A stretch of 64,000 bases of DNA, from contig CAZGQR010000001.1 in the NCBI GenBank assembly GCA_964527765.1, forward strand, positions 118,353 through 182,352, read 5' to 3'. Shown here one piece after another: positions 63,936 to 64,000 of this stretch. This stretch comes from an uncultured Planctomycetia bacterium (GTDB taxonomy: Bacteria; Omnitrophota; Gorgyraeia; Tantalellales; Tantalellaceae). Below the pieces are notes generated by a model. The model was given only the letters and a program-made list of their open reading frames with translations. It had not been told where the DNA came from and ran no database searches. The stretch's first letter is position 1. Each line of letters starts with the position of its first letter. The translations under genes and the position numbers were made by a program.

Positions 63936-64000
63936 ATTTATTATTATGTGTCTTCCCGGTAGCGGGCGGGACAGGTCTGCTAGTAGATTCCCAGATCCCT

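Noticed and set aside
63874-63976. Direct repeats at the window end considered as a CRISPR array
   Set aside because: There are only two 24-nt copies. The repeat overlaps the 3' end of a coding sequence and a hairpin motif. No cas genes are nearby. It is not CRISPR-like.
1-64000. Mobile elements, rRNA and tRNA genes
   Set aside because: No transposase-, integrase- or recombinase-like ORFs and no long terminal repeats were seen. Intergenic spacers were inspected for tRNA- or rRNA-like sequence and none was found.

Overview
This 64 kb window appears to be a bacterial chromosomal segment, with GC content probably just above 50%. All but one of the confidently called genes run on the minus strand, from about 62.7 kb down to 77 bp. 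Pilin N-termini and the gene set suggest a Gram-negative organism, possibly from the PVC group or a candidate phylum, but this is a guess.

The content from high to low coordinates is:
- a divergent pair of carbohydrate-binding-domain proteins, one a ParA-like ATPase fused to an AMPK-beta-type glycogen-binding domain;
- arfB and an Smr-domain gene;
- an NSS transporter, a PC4-like protein and a PilZ-domain protein;
- a complete dcw cell-wall/division cluster (mraZ, rsmH, ftsL, ftsI, murE, murF, mraY, murD, ftsW, murG, murC, murB, ddl, ftsQ, ftsA) that ends without ftsZ;
- housekeeping genes (proC, yggT, DUF167, MTAP, ileS, a DksA-like gene, lspA, lgt, rluD, aroA);
- the rod-shape cluster mreBCD-mrdA-rodA;
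- a large type IV pilus locus, bounded at one end by a degenerate GGDEF gene and at the other by three minor-pilin-like genes (one 805 aa);
- rplU-rpmA-obg-proBA-nadD-rsfS.

The pilus locus itself contains:
- a degenerate-GGDEF membrane protein;
- pilT;
- a stand-alone MshEN-like candidate c-di-GMP receptor;
- two tandem PilB/GspE ATPases;
- pilC;
- the major pilin with a strong terminator;
- a TPR-bearing GT-C membrane protein;
- pilMNOPQ;
- RNase G;
- three minor-pilin-like genes, one of them 805 aa.

No rRNA, tRNA, CRISPR array, transposase or integrase was found. Several short intergenic repeats and hairpin elements recur across the window. There are also two small ORFs with near-perfect Shine-Dalgarno sequences that the ORF track missed or that are of doubtful reality. 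Every functional assignment rests on my reading of the translated ORFs against family signatures I recognise; nothing was searched against a database.
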